A DNA stretch of 64,000 nucleotides from Candidatus Moraniibacteriota bacterium (lineage in GTDB: Bacteria > Patescibacteriota > Minisyncoccia > CAIUEV01 > JAHKAQ01). The notes below the pieces were generated by a model. It ran no database searches. It had not been told where the DNA came from and was given only the letters and a program-made list of their open reading frames with translations. The stretch lies in assembly GCA_014729795.1 (NCBI GenBank), contig WJJI01000014.1:757-64756 (forward strand), written 5' to 3'. A program made the position numbers and the translations under genes. Each line of letters begins with the position of its first letter. The first letter of the stretch is position 1. This document shows, piece after piece, positions 49,004 through 59,062 of the stretch.

Positions 49004-50107
49004 ATGCTTATTATTATCAAAATATTAAAATATATGATTCTTGCCGGCATTTTTGGCGCTGGCGTTGCCTTTACTATTGCCTCAGTTCGTTCTCCCAAGT
49101 ACCAATCCGACTTTACCGCCATGGTAGTCCAGAAAAATTGGGACAAAGACGCGGCTTTAAACCAACAAATTATAGAAAGAGCGCTCAACATTAGTCAACC
49201 TTTAATAAAAAGCGATTATTTTATTCAGGCGGTTGAAAAAAATAATCAAGAAAATCCTAAATTCGATTTAAACAACATCAACCAAAAACAATGGCGTCAA
49301 GCAATTTTTGTAATTCCCAATTCTCAACAAAAAACTATAAAAGTGGTGGCAAGCGATAATCAACCGGAAAGAGCCCTATGGATTGCTGGAGAAATTGCCT
49401 TTAACCTCAAACACATTTTAACCGAGTTTACCGACCCGGAAAAAATTGAACTAAAAATTATCCAACAGCCGGAACAAGGCAAGGCTTTTGATTATTTAAA
49501 TTTAATCGAGCCCACCTCAATGGGCGGTATTTTAGGCGCGGCGCTTGGATTGGTAATTTTTCTTTTATTTGGCCCCGGTTTAGAAAAAATTATCAATACT
49601 CAAACAATGAGCATAAATTCAGCTCAACGTTTGGACAAAAATTTAAATTTACCCAAAGAGCGGCTTAATGCTTATCCCGTTGCTGACTCTCGTGGCTATC
49701 AGAGTCATCCAACCCAAGCCCAGGCAGTAAAAAAACAACAAACTCCAATCTCCCAACCTCCTGCCCAAAACCTTCAAAATTCTGGTTTCAAATCATCAAT
49801 GCCTTCATCCCAAAATTACAGACAGCGATTTCAACAAGAAGCCGATCAAATCAATGCCGGCTATGTTAAAAGTTTTAAACAAAGCAAGCAGCGAGCCGCT
49901 CAACAAATGGCGCAAAAAGGCCGGTTAACCCCGCTGAATCAACCTTATAAAACAACCAGTTCAAATGATTACCCCTCGGTTAATCAAAAACCCAACCAAG
50001 AGCCAATCGCTACTTCTGATTCCAACCAATCTTTTAAATCTCGGGAGCCTAGCGAAGCTGACGAAGAAGAAATAAAAGCTCGACTCAATCGTTTAATTCA
50101 TGGCTAG
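49004..50107 (+). CDS. Wzz/PCP-like bitopic membrane protein with a Q/N/S-rich disordered C-terminal tail
   Basis: TM1 (ILAGIFGAGVAFTIA), a ~150-aa periplasmic-type domain, TM2 (MGGILGAALGLVIFLLFGPG), then a ~170-aa low-complexity tail. Confidence 0.35.
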   Translation: MLIIIKILKYMILAGIFGAGVAFTIASVRSPKYQSDFTAMVVQKNWDKDAALNQQIIERALNISQPLIKSDYFIQAVEKNNQENPKFDLNNINQKQWRQAIFVIPNSQQKTIKVVASDNQPERALWIAGEIAFNLKHILTEFTDPEKIELKIIQQPEQGKAFDYLNLIEPTSMGGILGAALGLVIFLLFGPGLEKIINTQTMSINSAQRLDKNLNLPKERLNAYPVADSRGYQSHPTQAQAVKKQQTPISQPPAQNLQNSGFKSSMPSSQNYRQRFQQEADQINAGYVKSFKQSKQRAAQQMAQKGRLTPLNQPYKTTSSNDYPSVNQKPNQEPIATSDSNQSFKSREPSEADEEEIKARLNRLIHG

Positions 50108-50186
50108 CAATTCTTTCAACTCATTGCGTAGATTATAATAAGCCCTTATAATATCCACAGTCTTTACTTAGAATAAACAAGCATTT

Positions 50187-51632
50187 ATGGAAAAAATGGT
50201 TTTAAAAAATAGCGTTAAGCTAGGCATTTTCTTGGTGACTTTAATGACCGTTTTATCTGTTGTTAATTATTATTTTCGAGATCAAGCATTAAGTTTTTTG
50301 GATTCATTTTTTAACAGTAATAAAAACGACAATCAACAGGTTATTAACGACCCCGAGCATATTCAACAACCGGATCAAGAATCAACCCAACAAGACTTAA
50401 ACATTATTTCTTTTGGTCAAGAACTTTTAGGCTCCAAAGCAGAAAAGCAATATTTAGTGCTGTTTCAAAATTCCATGGAGTTGCGTCCAGGAGGGGGTTT
50501 TATCGGATCATTTGCTGAAATAAAAGTAGCCGATCAACAAATTCAAGAGAAAACCGTGCACAACACGGCTGTTTTTGATCGAATGGTGCAAAAAAAGCCG
50601 GTTCCTCCTTATGTGGTTGAAACTTACTTAAAAGTGGATCGGCTTGGCATTAAAGATTGTAATTGGCACCTAGATTTTTCCAGTAATGCCCGGCAATTTA
50701 TTGAGCTTTATAAAACCACTGACCGGGCCAAGCCAATTGATGGGGTTATTGGTCTAACCACGGAAATTCTGCCATTCATACTGGAATTAACCGGACCCGT
50801 AACCATTGATCAAGTTTCTGGTGAATTTACCAAGGAAAATGCTTTGGAAAAACTTGAGTATGAGGTAGAGGTTGGCTATAAGGATCGTGGCGCTAGCAAA
50901 GATGAGCGTAAAAGCATTATGGAACCGTTACTAAGCGCCATAATTAACAAAGTCCAAGCCATGAACAAGCTGGATCAATTATTTATGATCAGTAAAATTC
51001 AGGAATTAATGGATAAAAAGGTTATCCAATTTTATTTTTTAGACAATCGAATGCAAAATTATGTTGAAAAACATAATTGGGCCGGTCAGTTAGTTAAAGC
51101 TGAAGACACGGATTACCTAGCCATAGTCGAGGCTAATTTAGGCGCGCTCAAAACTGATCGTTGCATGGAAAGAAGACTGAGCTACATCGTGGATTATACC
51201 CGGCCACAACCCATTGCTAACTTAAAAATAAATTACAACCATACTTGTCAAGAAAAAGACTTCATGACCGGTGATTATCAAAGCTTTTTAAGGATCTATA
51301 CCCAACAGGACTCGCGTTTAATTACCACTCAAGGCTTTGCTCAAGGCTTAATTAAACCGGCCACCGACCCGCAAGATCGCGCCGTGATAGATTCGGAAGC
51401 GGATAAGAAAACTTTTGGTAACATGACCTATATTGAGTTAGGTTCTGGCAAAGAGTATGAATTTACCTACCTAATTAATTCAGGTCTTGTTGAAAATTAT
51501 CAGCTTTATTTTCAAAAACAACCAGGCTTGAAACCGCCCTGGCTGGAAGTTGTTTTAAAAACCTCGACCGGCCAAACAACTTTATACAACAATCAGGTCA
51601 CTCAAGACGTTGTGATTCAGAATACACCTTAA
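50187..51632 (+). CDS. DUF4012-like extracytoplasmic protein (polysaccharide-locus associated)
   Basis: N-terminal TM helix. The LVLFQNSMELRPGGGFIGSFAEIKV block resembles the DUF4012 core (LxxxQNxxExRPxGGFxGS). Confidence 0.35.
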   Translation: MEKMVLKNSVKLGIFLVTLMTVLSVVNYYFRDQALSFLDSFFNSNKNDNQQVINDPEHIQQPDQESTQQDLNIISFGQELLGSKAEKQYLVLFQNSMELRPGGGFIGSFAEIKVADQQIQEKTVHNTAVFDRMVQKKPVPPYVVETYLKVDRLGIKDCNWHLDFSSNARQFIELYKTTDRAKPIDGVIGLTTEILPFILELTGPVTIDQVSGEFTKENALEKLEYEVEVGYKDRGASKDERKSIMEPLLSAIINKVQAMNKLDQLFMISKIQELMDKKVIQFYFLDNRMQNYVEKHNWAGQLVKAEDTDYLAIVEANLGALKTDRCMERRLSYIVDYTRPQPIANLKINYNHTCQEKDFMTGDYQSFLRIYTQQDSRLITTQGFAQGLIKPATDPQDRAVIDSEADKKTFGNMTYIELGSGKEYEFTYLINSGLVENYQLYFQKQPGLKPPWLEVVLKTSTGQTTLYNNQVTQDVVIQNTP

Positions 51633-51642
51633 TATTCAAAAC

Positions 51643-53628
51643 ATGTTAAAAAAAATACAAAAAACCAAACTCAGCAAAATCTTTTTAGCTACCTTGGTTT
51701 CGATACTGTTAATTGGCATTGCTTTAAGAATTTACCGGCATAGCGATTTTCTTCACTTTGAGCTAGATCAAGCCCGCGACGCTATAGTTATCAGTTCGGC
51801 TTACGAACAAGGTCCGGGACAACTGCCGCTCTTAGGGCCAAGGGCAGCCGGCACCATGCTTAGATTGGGGCCATTTTTTTATTACACCGGTTATCTAAGC
51901 GCTTTACTCTTTGGTAATCATCCAGCTGGGATGAACGGCATCAACCTAATCCTCAGCGTGGCTGCCATTTTACTTGTTTATTGTTTATTGCGTTATTATT
52001 TCTCTAGATTTATTAGCTTGGCAACCACAAGTATTTTTTCAGCCTCAATTTTTATCGTAGTTTACGCTCGCTTTGCCTGGAACCCCAACATGCTCATCTT
52101 TTTTATTCCGCTTCTGCTTTTAAATATCTTAGCTATTTTAAAACAAACCTATAAAAACAAAAAAACTCAACCTTGGCTTTTTTATAGCTTGTCATTCTTA
52201 ACCGCGGTTTGCATGCAGCTTCATTTTCTGGCCTTTTTAGCTGTGCCATTTTTTCTTTTAATGTTTGCAATAATATATTTTTATCTATTGCCGGTGCTTT
52301 TCAAATTAAAAAATTTTCAAATTAAGTCAATCTCGATCGCTTTCAAACAGGTTTTTAAGCAAAACATCAAGGGGCTTGGTCGGTTAATTAAAAAAGCCTG
52401 GCGACAAATCGCTTTGGCTCTTTTGATTTTTATGCTTATGTTTGCCCCGTTGTTTCTAAATGAATACTTAACCGGAGCTGATAACACCAAAGAGTTTTTT
52501 AAGGCCATCAGTGAAAAATCAGAAAAAAGCCAAGACCATGATTTGCTTGAAAAACTAGTTAGAAATTATCAGGAATACTCCAGAGGTTATTTTTTAATTA
52601 TTACCGGCTTACAAAAAACCGATAATATCAGCTTTGATTTTTGGGAGAAGAAAACCGGCATCATAGATTTTTCTTGCGATAGAAAGTGTCGTCAAAGGCT
52701 AAATGGCAGCATTGGCGCTTTCTTATTTATGACTCTGGGGTTCTCTTTGTTTTTATATAATATTTTTAAGTCTTTTCAAAAAGTCAAAAAAATCGTTAAC
52801 CGGAAATCAAACCGCAAATATAAATATGAACAAAGAAAAGCAATTTTACAATTCCATTTTTTAATTTTGATTTTTTTACTGTTTCTAGCCGCTTTTCTTG
52901 GGTTTTTACCGGTTGCTTACAAATTTCCACCAAGGTTTTTGTTATTCACCCAAATTGTTGCTTTTGTACTTTTAGGACTCATACTCAAGTTTATAAGTCG
53001 AACGATCCTCAGCCAAGCTCGCAAATTTAAAAAATATTCAACTAATCAATTCAAGTTAATTAGTAAAATTTGTATCATAATGTTAACCGCATTTTTATTC
53101 GGTTTAAATATTTTTTACAATCTGGAACGTTTTCAAGAACAGGCAAGCGCTCACACTACTAACCCAATTGAATTCGAAAGAGACACCATCCTTAAAGAAG
53201 ATATTCGTTTCACCAGAATCCAACAAACAAAGATAATTGATTGGATTAGAAACAACAGCGATCATCATATTGTTTATGTTTGGGGACCTCCAAAATATTA
53301 CCGGGCTTTTGTTTATGAGTTAATCTATCGGGAAAATTTTGATGGAAGAAGGTTGCGTTATAGCGCCGAATGCGGGAATGCCGATTATTTTGCCGTGGTA
53401 GGCGCCGATTCAGATGATGATTTTTTTCCTAAAGCACGGAAAATTTTTTCTTCTGTCGCTAATGAAAGCTTTGGCACTCTTAAAGTTCATAAACTTAATA
53501 TTAATAACCCTGATTTAATTGAGAAAAAAAATTGCGGTCCGGAAAAAGAAAAAAAGCCCAACAGTTATGCCAGAAGATATACCTGGGCTGAGGCATGGAA
53601 AAAACTATGGCGAGATTCAACCGATTAA
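51643..53628 (+). CDS. GT-C fold membrane glycosyltransferase (ArnT/PMT-like) with a C-terminal soluble domain
   Basis: About 12 TM helices. ELDQARDAIVISSAY…GPFFYY in the first loop. A C-terminal ~170-aa soluble domain. Confidence 0.5.
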   Translation: MLKKIQKTKLSKIFLATLVSILLIGIALRIYRHSDFLHFELDQARDAIVISSAYEQGPGQLPLLGPRAAGTMLRLGPFFYYTGYLSALLFGNHPAGMNGINLILSVAAILLVYCLLRYYFSRFISLATTSIFSASIFIVVYARFAWNPNMLIFFIPLLLLNILAILKQTYKNKKTQPWLFYSLSFLTAVCMQLHFLAFLAVPFFLLMFAIIYFYLLPVLFKLKNFQIKSISIAFKQVFKQNIKGLGRLIKKAWRQIALALLIFMLMFAPLFLNEYLTGADNTKEFFKAISEKSEKSQDHDLLEKLVRNYQEYSRGYFLIITGLQKTDNISFDFWEKKTGIIDFSCDRKCRQRLNGSIGAFLFMTLGFSLFLYNIFKSFQKVKKIVNRKSNRKYKYEQRKAILQFHFLILIFLLFLAAFLGFLPVAYKFPPRFLLFTQIVAFVLLGLILKFISRTILSQARKFKKYSTNQFKLISKICIIMLTAFLFGLNIFYNLERFQEQASAHTTNPIEFERDTILKEDIRFTRIQQTKIIDWIRNNSDHHIVYVWGPPKYYRAFVYELIYRENFDGRRLRYSAECGNADYFAVVGADSDDDFFPKARKIFSSVANESFGTLKVHKLNINNPDLIEKKNCGPEKEKKPNSYARRYTWAEAWKKLWRDSTD

Positions 53629-53636
53629 GACTAATA

Positions 53637-54194
53637 TTAAAATGAGCGGAATTTTTTTCTAATCATTGGATAATCAGGAATGGTTTTAGCAACCAATTGC
53701 CAAAATTTCAGCGAATGATTCATTTGTTTCAAATGACACAATTCATGAACAATTAAATAATCGGCGCATTTATTGGGCAAAAAAACAATTCGATAATTAA
53801 AATTCAAGTTACGTTTGCCTGAGCAGCTTCCCCAACGAGTGCGTTGATTTCGAATTGAAATGCGATTAAACCTAAATTTATAAAACCGATTATAATATTG
53901 CAGCCGGTCTAAAACAAAATTATAAGCCCTGTGTTTATATTTTAAATAATCTTTTCTGTTTCCCTGTCGCAACAGCCCGACTTTTTGTTGTTTTGCTTGT
54001 TGAATTTTATCAATAATCCAACCTTTTTTACTGACCATGAAAGTTTCAAGCGCGCCAACGCTCATAAAAAAAGGCAAAGTGGCCGACAGCTCCCCTTTAT
54101 GATTTACGGTCAAGCGGATGTTTTTAGCTTTAAAACTTTTTTTTAAATAATATCCAAAATTTTGTTTATTTAACTGAATGAAGCGCTGATTCAT
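53637..54194 (-). CDS. YgjP/DUF45-like (M48/WLM-type) zinc metallohydrolase
   Basis: HELCHLKQMNHSLKFWQLV, that is HExxH plus a downstream His. Size and layout are typical of DUF45. Confidence 0.7.
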   Translation of the reverse strand: MNQRFIQLNKQNFGYYLKKSFKAKNIRLTVNHKGELSATLPFFMSVGALETFMVSKKGWIIDKIQQAKQQKVGLLRQGNRKDYLKYKHRAYNFVLDRLQYYNRFYKFRFNRISIRNQRTRWGSCSGKRNLNFNYRIVFLPNKCADYLIVHELCHLKQMNHSLKFWQLVAKTIPDYPMIRKKFRSF

Positions 54195-54221
54195 ATAGGT
54201 TTAGCTTATTTGAGTTTTGAA

Positions 54222-55670
54222 TTATTTTGCAACCCATTTCTTGGTCCAATTCAGGAAAAATGTTTTTATCCTATAATTTTTATGGCTCATTTCTGAACCA
54301 TAAGTAAAACTTGCATAAATAAAAAAACTAGCAATTAGAGGAACTAACACCGCTAAATAAACTGTGTAGAATAATTTTTTTGACTTTAATTTATTTAGCC
54401 AGTGAGCACAAACCAGCATAAAGAGGATAATCGAAATTGTCAAAGCATTCATATATGAATATAAAAACAAAGGTCTTTTTATTAAAATAAAAGGTAAAAA
54501 ACTACAAACATATCCTAATAAAAAAGAGCCTTTTAAGCTAAATGATTGCTTAATTTTTGGAAAAAAGACAATCGCGCCTAAGATGCCCAAAATACCAGCC
54601 AACCAAACAATCGGATTGCCCTGAAAGGTTATATTGCGTCGACCCTGGTCATTGTGTTCAGAAAAGTACAAAACCGGTTTTTGCATTATCGGCCAAGTAT
54701 AAGATCGGCTGGAATAAGGATGATCAGCTCTGATACGTGAATTAGAAATAAACATTTGTTTATTCAAATAATAAACGTATTTTAATTTTACCCATTGATC
54801 CGGTAAAAATTGGTTTTTAAATTCCGGTTCTTTTCCGGGCGTATTAACAGTATCGTAATGATCATCTGGCATCAGACTAAAATGCAGAAAAAAGATAGAA
54901 ATATAAAATAATAAAAAACTAAAAATTAGCAATAAATACCTACCTACCAACATCGGCGCTGTCTTTAATGCTATACTCGACATTTTTTTAAGTTTGAACC
55001 TTACTTTGAGAACTTTGGTTCCATAATCAAAAAATAAAATCAAAAAAACAATGGCTAAGTAACATAAACCGGTCCACTTTGTTGAAACGCTGGCGCTTAA
55101 AAATATGCCGGCTAAAAATAATTTTTTCCAACTGTAATTGTTATTCCTTGCATTTAGAAAGACAAGTAAACCCAAAAGACCAAAAAGCACCAAAAAACTA
55201 TCAAGTAGGATGAAACGAGCTTGAACAACAAAAGAGTTCTCCAAAAGCAACAAACAACCACCCAGAAACGCAAGGCTGGGCCGCAGTTTAATTTGCCGCA
55301 GTAAATAATAAAAAATCAACGGTATTAAACTGCCCGCCAAAGCCGGTCCATAGCGAAAAATTAAGTATGGAGTCGCGCCGTAATCATCCGCATGCGCGAA
55401 TTTAAAATCGCCAAAATGCTTTACAAAATCGCCATATCCGCCTAGATAAGTGAATAAATAAATTATTAACTTGCCCAGTGGCGGATGAATGTCAAAATAA
55501 GATTTTTGAATAAAATACGAATTCACAAAACCACCGAAGTGGGTTTCGTCAAAAACCACAATCGCTGGATAATCTAAAAAAGCCAGCCTGGAAACCAAAC
55601 CAAAAACTATCAGCAAGCCCGGAAATATTAAGTTTTTGTCATTAATTTTTTTAAAAAAAATTTTTTTCAC
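54222..55670 (-). CDS. GT39/PMT_2-family membrane glycosyltransferase
   Basis: FDETHFGGF (the DE motif of protein O-mannosyl/ArnT-like transferases) in loop 1, HPPLGK, and 10 or more TM helices. Confidence 0.65.
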   Translation of the reverse strand: MKKIFFKKINDKNLIFPGLLIVFGLVSRLAFLDYPAIVVFDETHFGGFVNSYFIQKSYFDIHPPLGKLIIYLFTYLGGYGDFVKHFGDFKFAHADDYGATPYLIFRYGPALAGSLIPLIFYYLLRQIKLRPSLAFLGGCLLLLENSFVVQARFILLDSFLVLFGLLGLLVFLNARNNNYSWKKLFLAGIFLSASVSTKWTGLCYLAIVFLILFFDYGTKVLKVRFKLKKMSSIALKTAPMLVGRYLLLIFSFLLFYISIFFLHFSLMPDDHYDTVNTPGKEPEFKNQFLPDQWVKLKYVYYLNKQMFISNSRIRADHPYSSRSYTWPIMQKPVLYFSEHNDQGRRNITFQGNPIVWLAGILGILGAIVFFPKIKQSFSLKGSFLLGYVCSFLPFILIKRPLFLYSYMNALTISIILFMLVCAHWLNKLKSKKLFYTVYLAVLVPLIASFFIYASFTYGSEMSHKNYRIKTFFLNWTKKWVAK

Positions 55671-55712
55671 GATTGCTTTTAAATTACCTTAAATTTATTT
55701 TAATTTGAGTTC

Positions 55713-57572
55713 TTATTTAATATATTTTTGTCTCAATTTAAAAACTTCTCCGTGTTCAATAAATTTATCCTCAATAGCTTGAATTTCAACTTTTTTATTA
55801 AGCCCCCTTTCTGTTAATTGGTTCAAAAAAAAGCTGCCAAAACCCCCGATTTTACTGTTTTCTTCTACCACGGTTATTTTTTTAGCCTTTTTCGCGTACT
55901 GAAAAATTTCCGGATCCAAGGGCTTTAAGAATCTAGGATTTATTATCGTAGGCAATGATTTTAAAATTCGCTTTTTTCTTAACCTTTCGATCAAAGCCAA
56001 CACCCTTGGCAATTGATTGCCCACTGCTATATATAATTGCTGATTTCCTTGATGAATTAATTCCAGCTTAAATTTTTTAACCAGTGGATTTTTGGGAGTT
56101 TTTTTAAAAATCTCAGGACAATTTTTGGGATTAAGTCTCAATGCTTCTTTGGGGTAACGAATGGCTACCGGCCCGTTAATTTCAGTTATCGCCAACTCCA
56201 GCATTCGACCCAGGTCTGCGGGACTGCGCGGCGCCAAAACGGTTAAGTTTGGTATCGGCAATAAATAGCTTAAATCAAAAACGCCATGATGAGTAGGACC
56301 GTCTTCGCCCACTAATCCAGCCCGATCAATCGTTAAAACCACCGGCAGCTTTTGCAAGCACACATCATGTAGTATTTGATCATAAGCTCGTTGCAAAAAA
56401 GTTGAATAAATTGCCACCACCGGTCGCAATCCGGCCTTAGCCAAACCAGCGGCAAAAGTAACCGCGTGACTTTCGCAAATCCCTACGTCATAAAATTGCT
56501 TTGGCCTCTGATTCGCCAGATATCCCAAACCGGTACCCGTCGCCATAGCCGCTGTGATTCCAATTATTTTAGGATTTTTCTTAGCCAGTTTTAATAATTT
56601 ATCGCTCAGGGCCTGAGTATAATTTTCTGTTGCCGGTTTTTTGTTTTTCGGCAATGAGCAGCCATTGGTAACATCAAAAGCCGAGACCCCGTGGTATTGA
56701 TCGGCGCTTTTTTCCGCCGGCTTATAGCCATGGCCTTTTTGGGTACGCGCGTGAATCAAAACCGGTCCTTTAAGTTTGTCCGCTTTTTTTAACGCTTGAC
56801 TTATTTCCGTAACAATATGACCATCAACCGGCCCCAGGTAATTAATTCCCAGCTTTTCAAAAAAAAGTCCCGGGGTCCCCACTCTTTTAATTGCTTTTTT
56901 TAAAGATTTTAATCGCCTATATGATCGTTCCTCAATACAAGACCCCAATAGGTAGTTAAGATCATTTTTAACTCTCTGATAAATTTGAGTTTTTTCAATT
57001 CTTTTAGTGTATTGAGCCAAAGCTCCAACATTTTGACTAATCGACATGCGATTATCATTGAGAACAATAATCACTTGGCTGCCCAAGTAGCCAATTTGAT
57101 TAATTGCCTCCAAAGCCAATCCGCTAGTCAAGGAACCATCTCCAATAACCGCAACCACTCGCTGAATCGTCTTTTGTTTTTTAAAAGCCTCGGCCATTCC
57201 GATAGCCGCGGAAATAGAGGTGCTGCTATGACCGGTGGCGAAAGCGTCATAAATACTTTCTTCCGGCCGAGGAAAACCGCTCAATCCCCCAATTTGTCTC
57301 AATGTGGAAAATTTTTCTCTACGTCCGGTAATTATTTTATGCACGTACGATTGATGCCCTACGTCCCAAATTAACTTATCCTTTGGACAGTCCAAAAATC
57401 GGTGCAAAGCCAAAGTAAGCTCCACCACCCCCAGGTTGGAAGCCAAATGACCCCCGGTTTGAGATATGTTATTTAATAAAAAAATCCGAATCTCTTTAGC
57501 TAATTGCTTGAGCTTTTGAGGTTTAAGCTTTTTAAGATCTTGCGGACTTTGAATTTTTTTTAACAAGGCCAT
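55713..57572 (-). CDS. dxs: 1-deoxy-D-xylulose-5-phosphate synthase
   Basis: GHQSYVHKIITGRR, the ThDP motif GDGSLTSG…NDN, and a transketolase-like C-terminus. Confidence 0.9.
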   Translation of the reverse strand: MALLKKIQSPQDLKKLKPQKLKQLAKEIRIFLLNNISQTGGHLASNLGVVELTLALHRFLDCPKDKLIWDVGHQSYVHKIITGRREKFSTLRQIGGLSGFPRPEESIYDAFATGHSSTSISAAIGMAEAFKKQKTIQRVVAVIGDGSLTSGLALEAINQIGYLGSQVIIVLNDNRMSISQNVGALAQYTKRIEKTQIYQRVKNDLNYLLGSCIEERSYRRLKSLKKAIKRVGTPGLFFEKLGINYLGPVDGHIVTEISQALKKADKLKGPVLIHARTQKGHGYKPAEKSADQYHGVSAFDVTNGCSLPKNKKPATENYTQALSDKLLKLAKKNPKIIGITAAMATGTGLGYLANQRPKQFYDVGICESHAVTFAAGLAKAGLRPVVAIYSTFLQRAYDQILHDVCLQKLPVVLTIDRAGLVGEDGPTHHGVFDLSYLLPIPNLTVLAPRSPADLGRMLELAITEINGPVAIRYPKEALRLNPKNCPEIFKKTPKNPLVKKFKLELIHQGNQQLYIAVGNQLPRVLALIERLRKKRILKSLPTIINPRFLKPLDPEIFQYAKKAKKITVVEENSKIGGFGSFFLNQLTERGLNKKVEIQAIEDKFIEHGEVFKLRQKYIK

Positions 57573-57625
57573 TTCGATTATTTAGCAATATTTCTTACGG
57601 TTTCTAAAAGCTTTTTATAGCTGCG

Positions 57626-58330
57626 CTACTGTTGAGTATTCAAAACAGCTTCAGCTATCTTTAAATCCCGAGCAAAAGTAATTTTAAAATTTAAACTACC
57701 GGTGGGCACCAGTTTTATTGGCTGGTTATTACACTTTAGCAACTCAAGCTCGTCAGTTAATTCCTGACCAAGTCGTTGAGCTCGCTCCATAGCTTTTTTT
57801 AGTTCACCAAAACGAGCGGCTTGAGGGGTTTGTGTGCGCCAAATATAATCTCTATCCAATCGCTTAATCACTGTTAAATTTTGATCCACCACGCGCAAAG
57901 TGTCAACCGATGGTTGGGCTAAGGCGCAACCATAGCCTAGCTTAACCTCTCGAATCAAAATTTTCAGTTCCTTTATTTGGAAAAAAGGATTGGCTGCGTT
58001 GTGAACCAGTACAATTTCTTGGTTGGGGATTTTTATCTCATGCAAATAATTCAAGGCATTTGCAACCGAATTCTGTCGAGTATTCCCGCCCACAATCATT
58101 GCCTTGATTTTTTGTTGAACTTTCTTGTTCAAGTGTTGCTCAATGCTGCTTTTAAACTCTTGCTTATAGTTCGGCGGAACTAAAATAATAATTTGCTTTA
58201 TGCCGGTTAAAGGCAATTTTGCCAATGAATGCACAAACAAAGGCTTACCCGCCAATTCAATCAAAGCTTTAGGCTTTTTGGCCCCCAAGCGACTTCCCTT
58301 ACCGGCAGCGCATAAAATAAAAATTGCCAT
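57626..58330 (-). CDS. ispD: 2-C-methyl-D-erythritol 4-phosphate cytidylyltransferase
   Basis: AIFILCAAGKGSRLG nucleotide-binding motif. 234 aa. Confidence 0.85.
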   Translation of the reverse strand: MAIFILCAAGKGSRLGAKKPKALIELAGKPLFVHSLAKLPLTGIKQIIILVPPNYKQEFKSSIEQHLNKKVQQKIKAMIVGGNTRQNSVANALNYLHEIKIPNQEIVLVHNAANPFFQIKELKILIREVKLGYGCALAQPSVDTLRVVDQNLTVIKRLDRDYIWRTQTPQAARFGELKKAMERAQRLGQELTDELELLKCNNQPIKLVPTGSLNFKITFARDLKIAEAVLNTQQ

Positions 58331-58409
58331 AAGAATATTTAATTAATATATAAATTACGCATTCAGAAAAATTTTATATAAAATACCAAGCGCCCAATTT
58401 AAATAATAG

Positions 58410-59015
58410 CTATTTTAGACCGGCAATCTCACGATCAGTTTGCCGTAAACGTAATTCATAAAGCATTTTTTCCAAGTTTTTCAGATTGTGCTTGGCTTGA
58501 TCAAATTTATGACGGTCAGAGCCGCGCAAATTTAATTCCAATAAAGCGTTAATAATTTGTTCGCTGATTTCGTGAAAATCCTGCAATTGATCAAGCTTTT
58601 TCAAGCTCGCCAAACGAACCGCTCTTCGATTAAGCTCGCCGGTTAAATCAGCCAAACCGCCGATCAATATTTCCGGATTACCCCGCAAAAAATCTAAAAG
58701 TTTTCTCGGGATTTCAAGCTCGCCGTTCTCAATGTAATTACAATAAAGCTCGGCTTCTACATACTCTTCCAAGGCTTCGTTGCAAAAACCTTCATATCTT
58801 AATCTTGGATTTTCTTGCGTGATGTTAATAATTTTGTTCAATAATTCTTGATTTTCCCGCAACCTTTTTCGAGCCTGTCTCGGTTTTTGATTATGCGTAA
58901 GGCTAATAGCTTTTTTTGAGTTTTTTAAAATAAGACGCGAGGCGTCAAAAACCTGATTATTTTTTCCCTCATAAGTTTGATGGTCTTTTATTAAATTAGC
59001 CAAAAGATTGATCAT
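58410..59015 (-). CDS. Hypothetical all-alpha protein with a Translin-like C-terminus
   Basis: The C-terminal …GELNRRAVRLA…HKFDQAKHNLKNLEKMLYELRLRQ parallels the Translin family C-terminal pattern (RxKYDxLKYxxKKxExVxYDLxIRG). Confidence 0.3.
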   Translation of the reverse strand: MINLLANLIKDHQTYEGKNNQVFDASRLILKNSKKAISLTHNQKPRQARKRLRENQELLNKIINITQENPRLRYEGFCNEALEEYVEAELYCNYIENGELEIPRKLLDFLRGNPEILIGGLADLTGELNRRAVRLASLKKLDQLQDFHEISEQIINALLELNLRGSDRHKFDQAKHNLKNLEKMLYELRLRQTDREIAGLK

Positions 59016-59062
59016 TTTTGTTATTTATAGATATTAATTTCTTGCTAAGGCATTTAAGTGGA

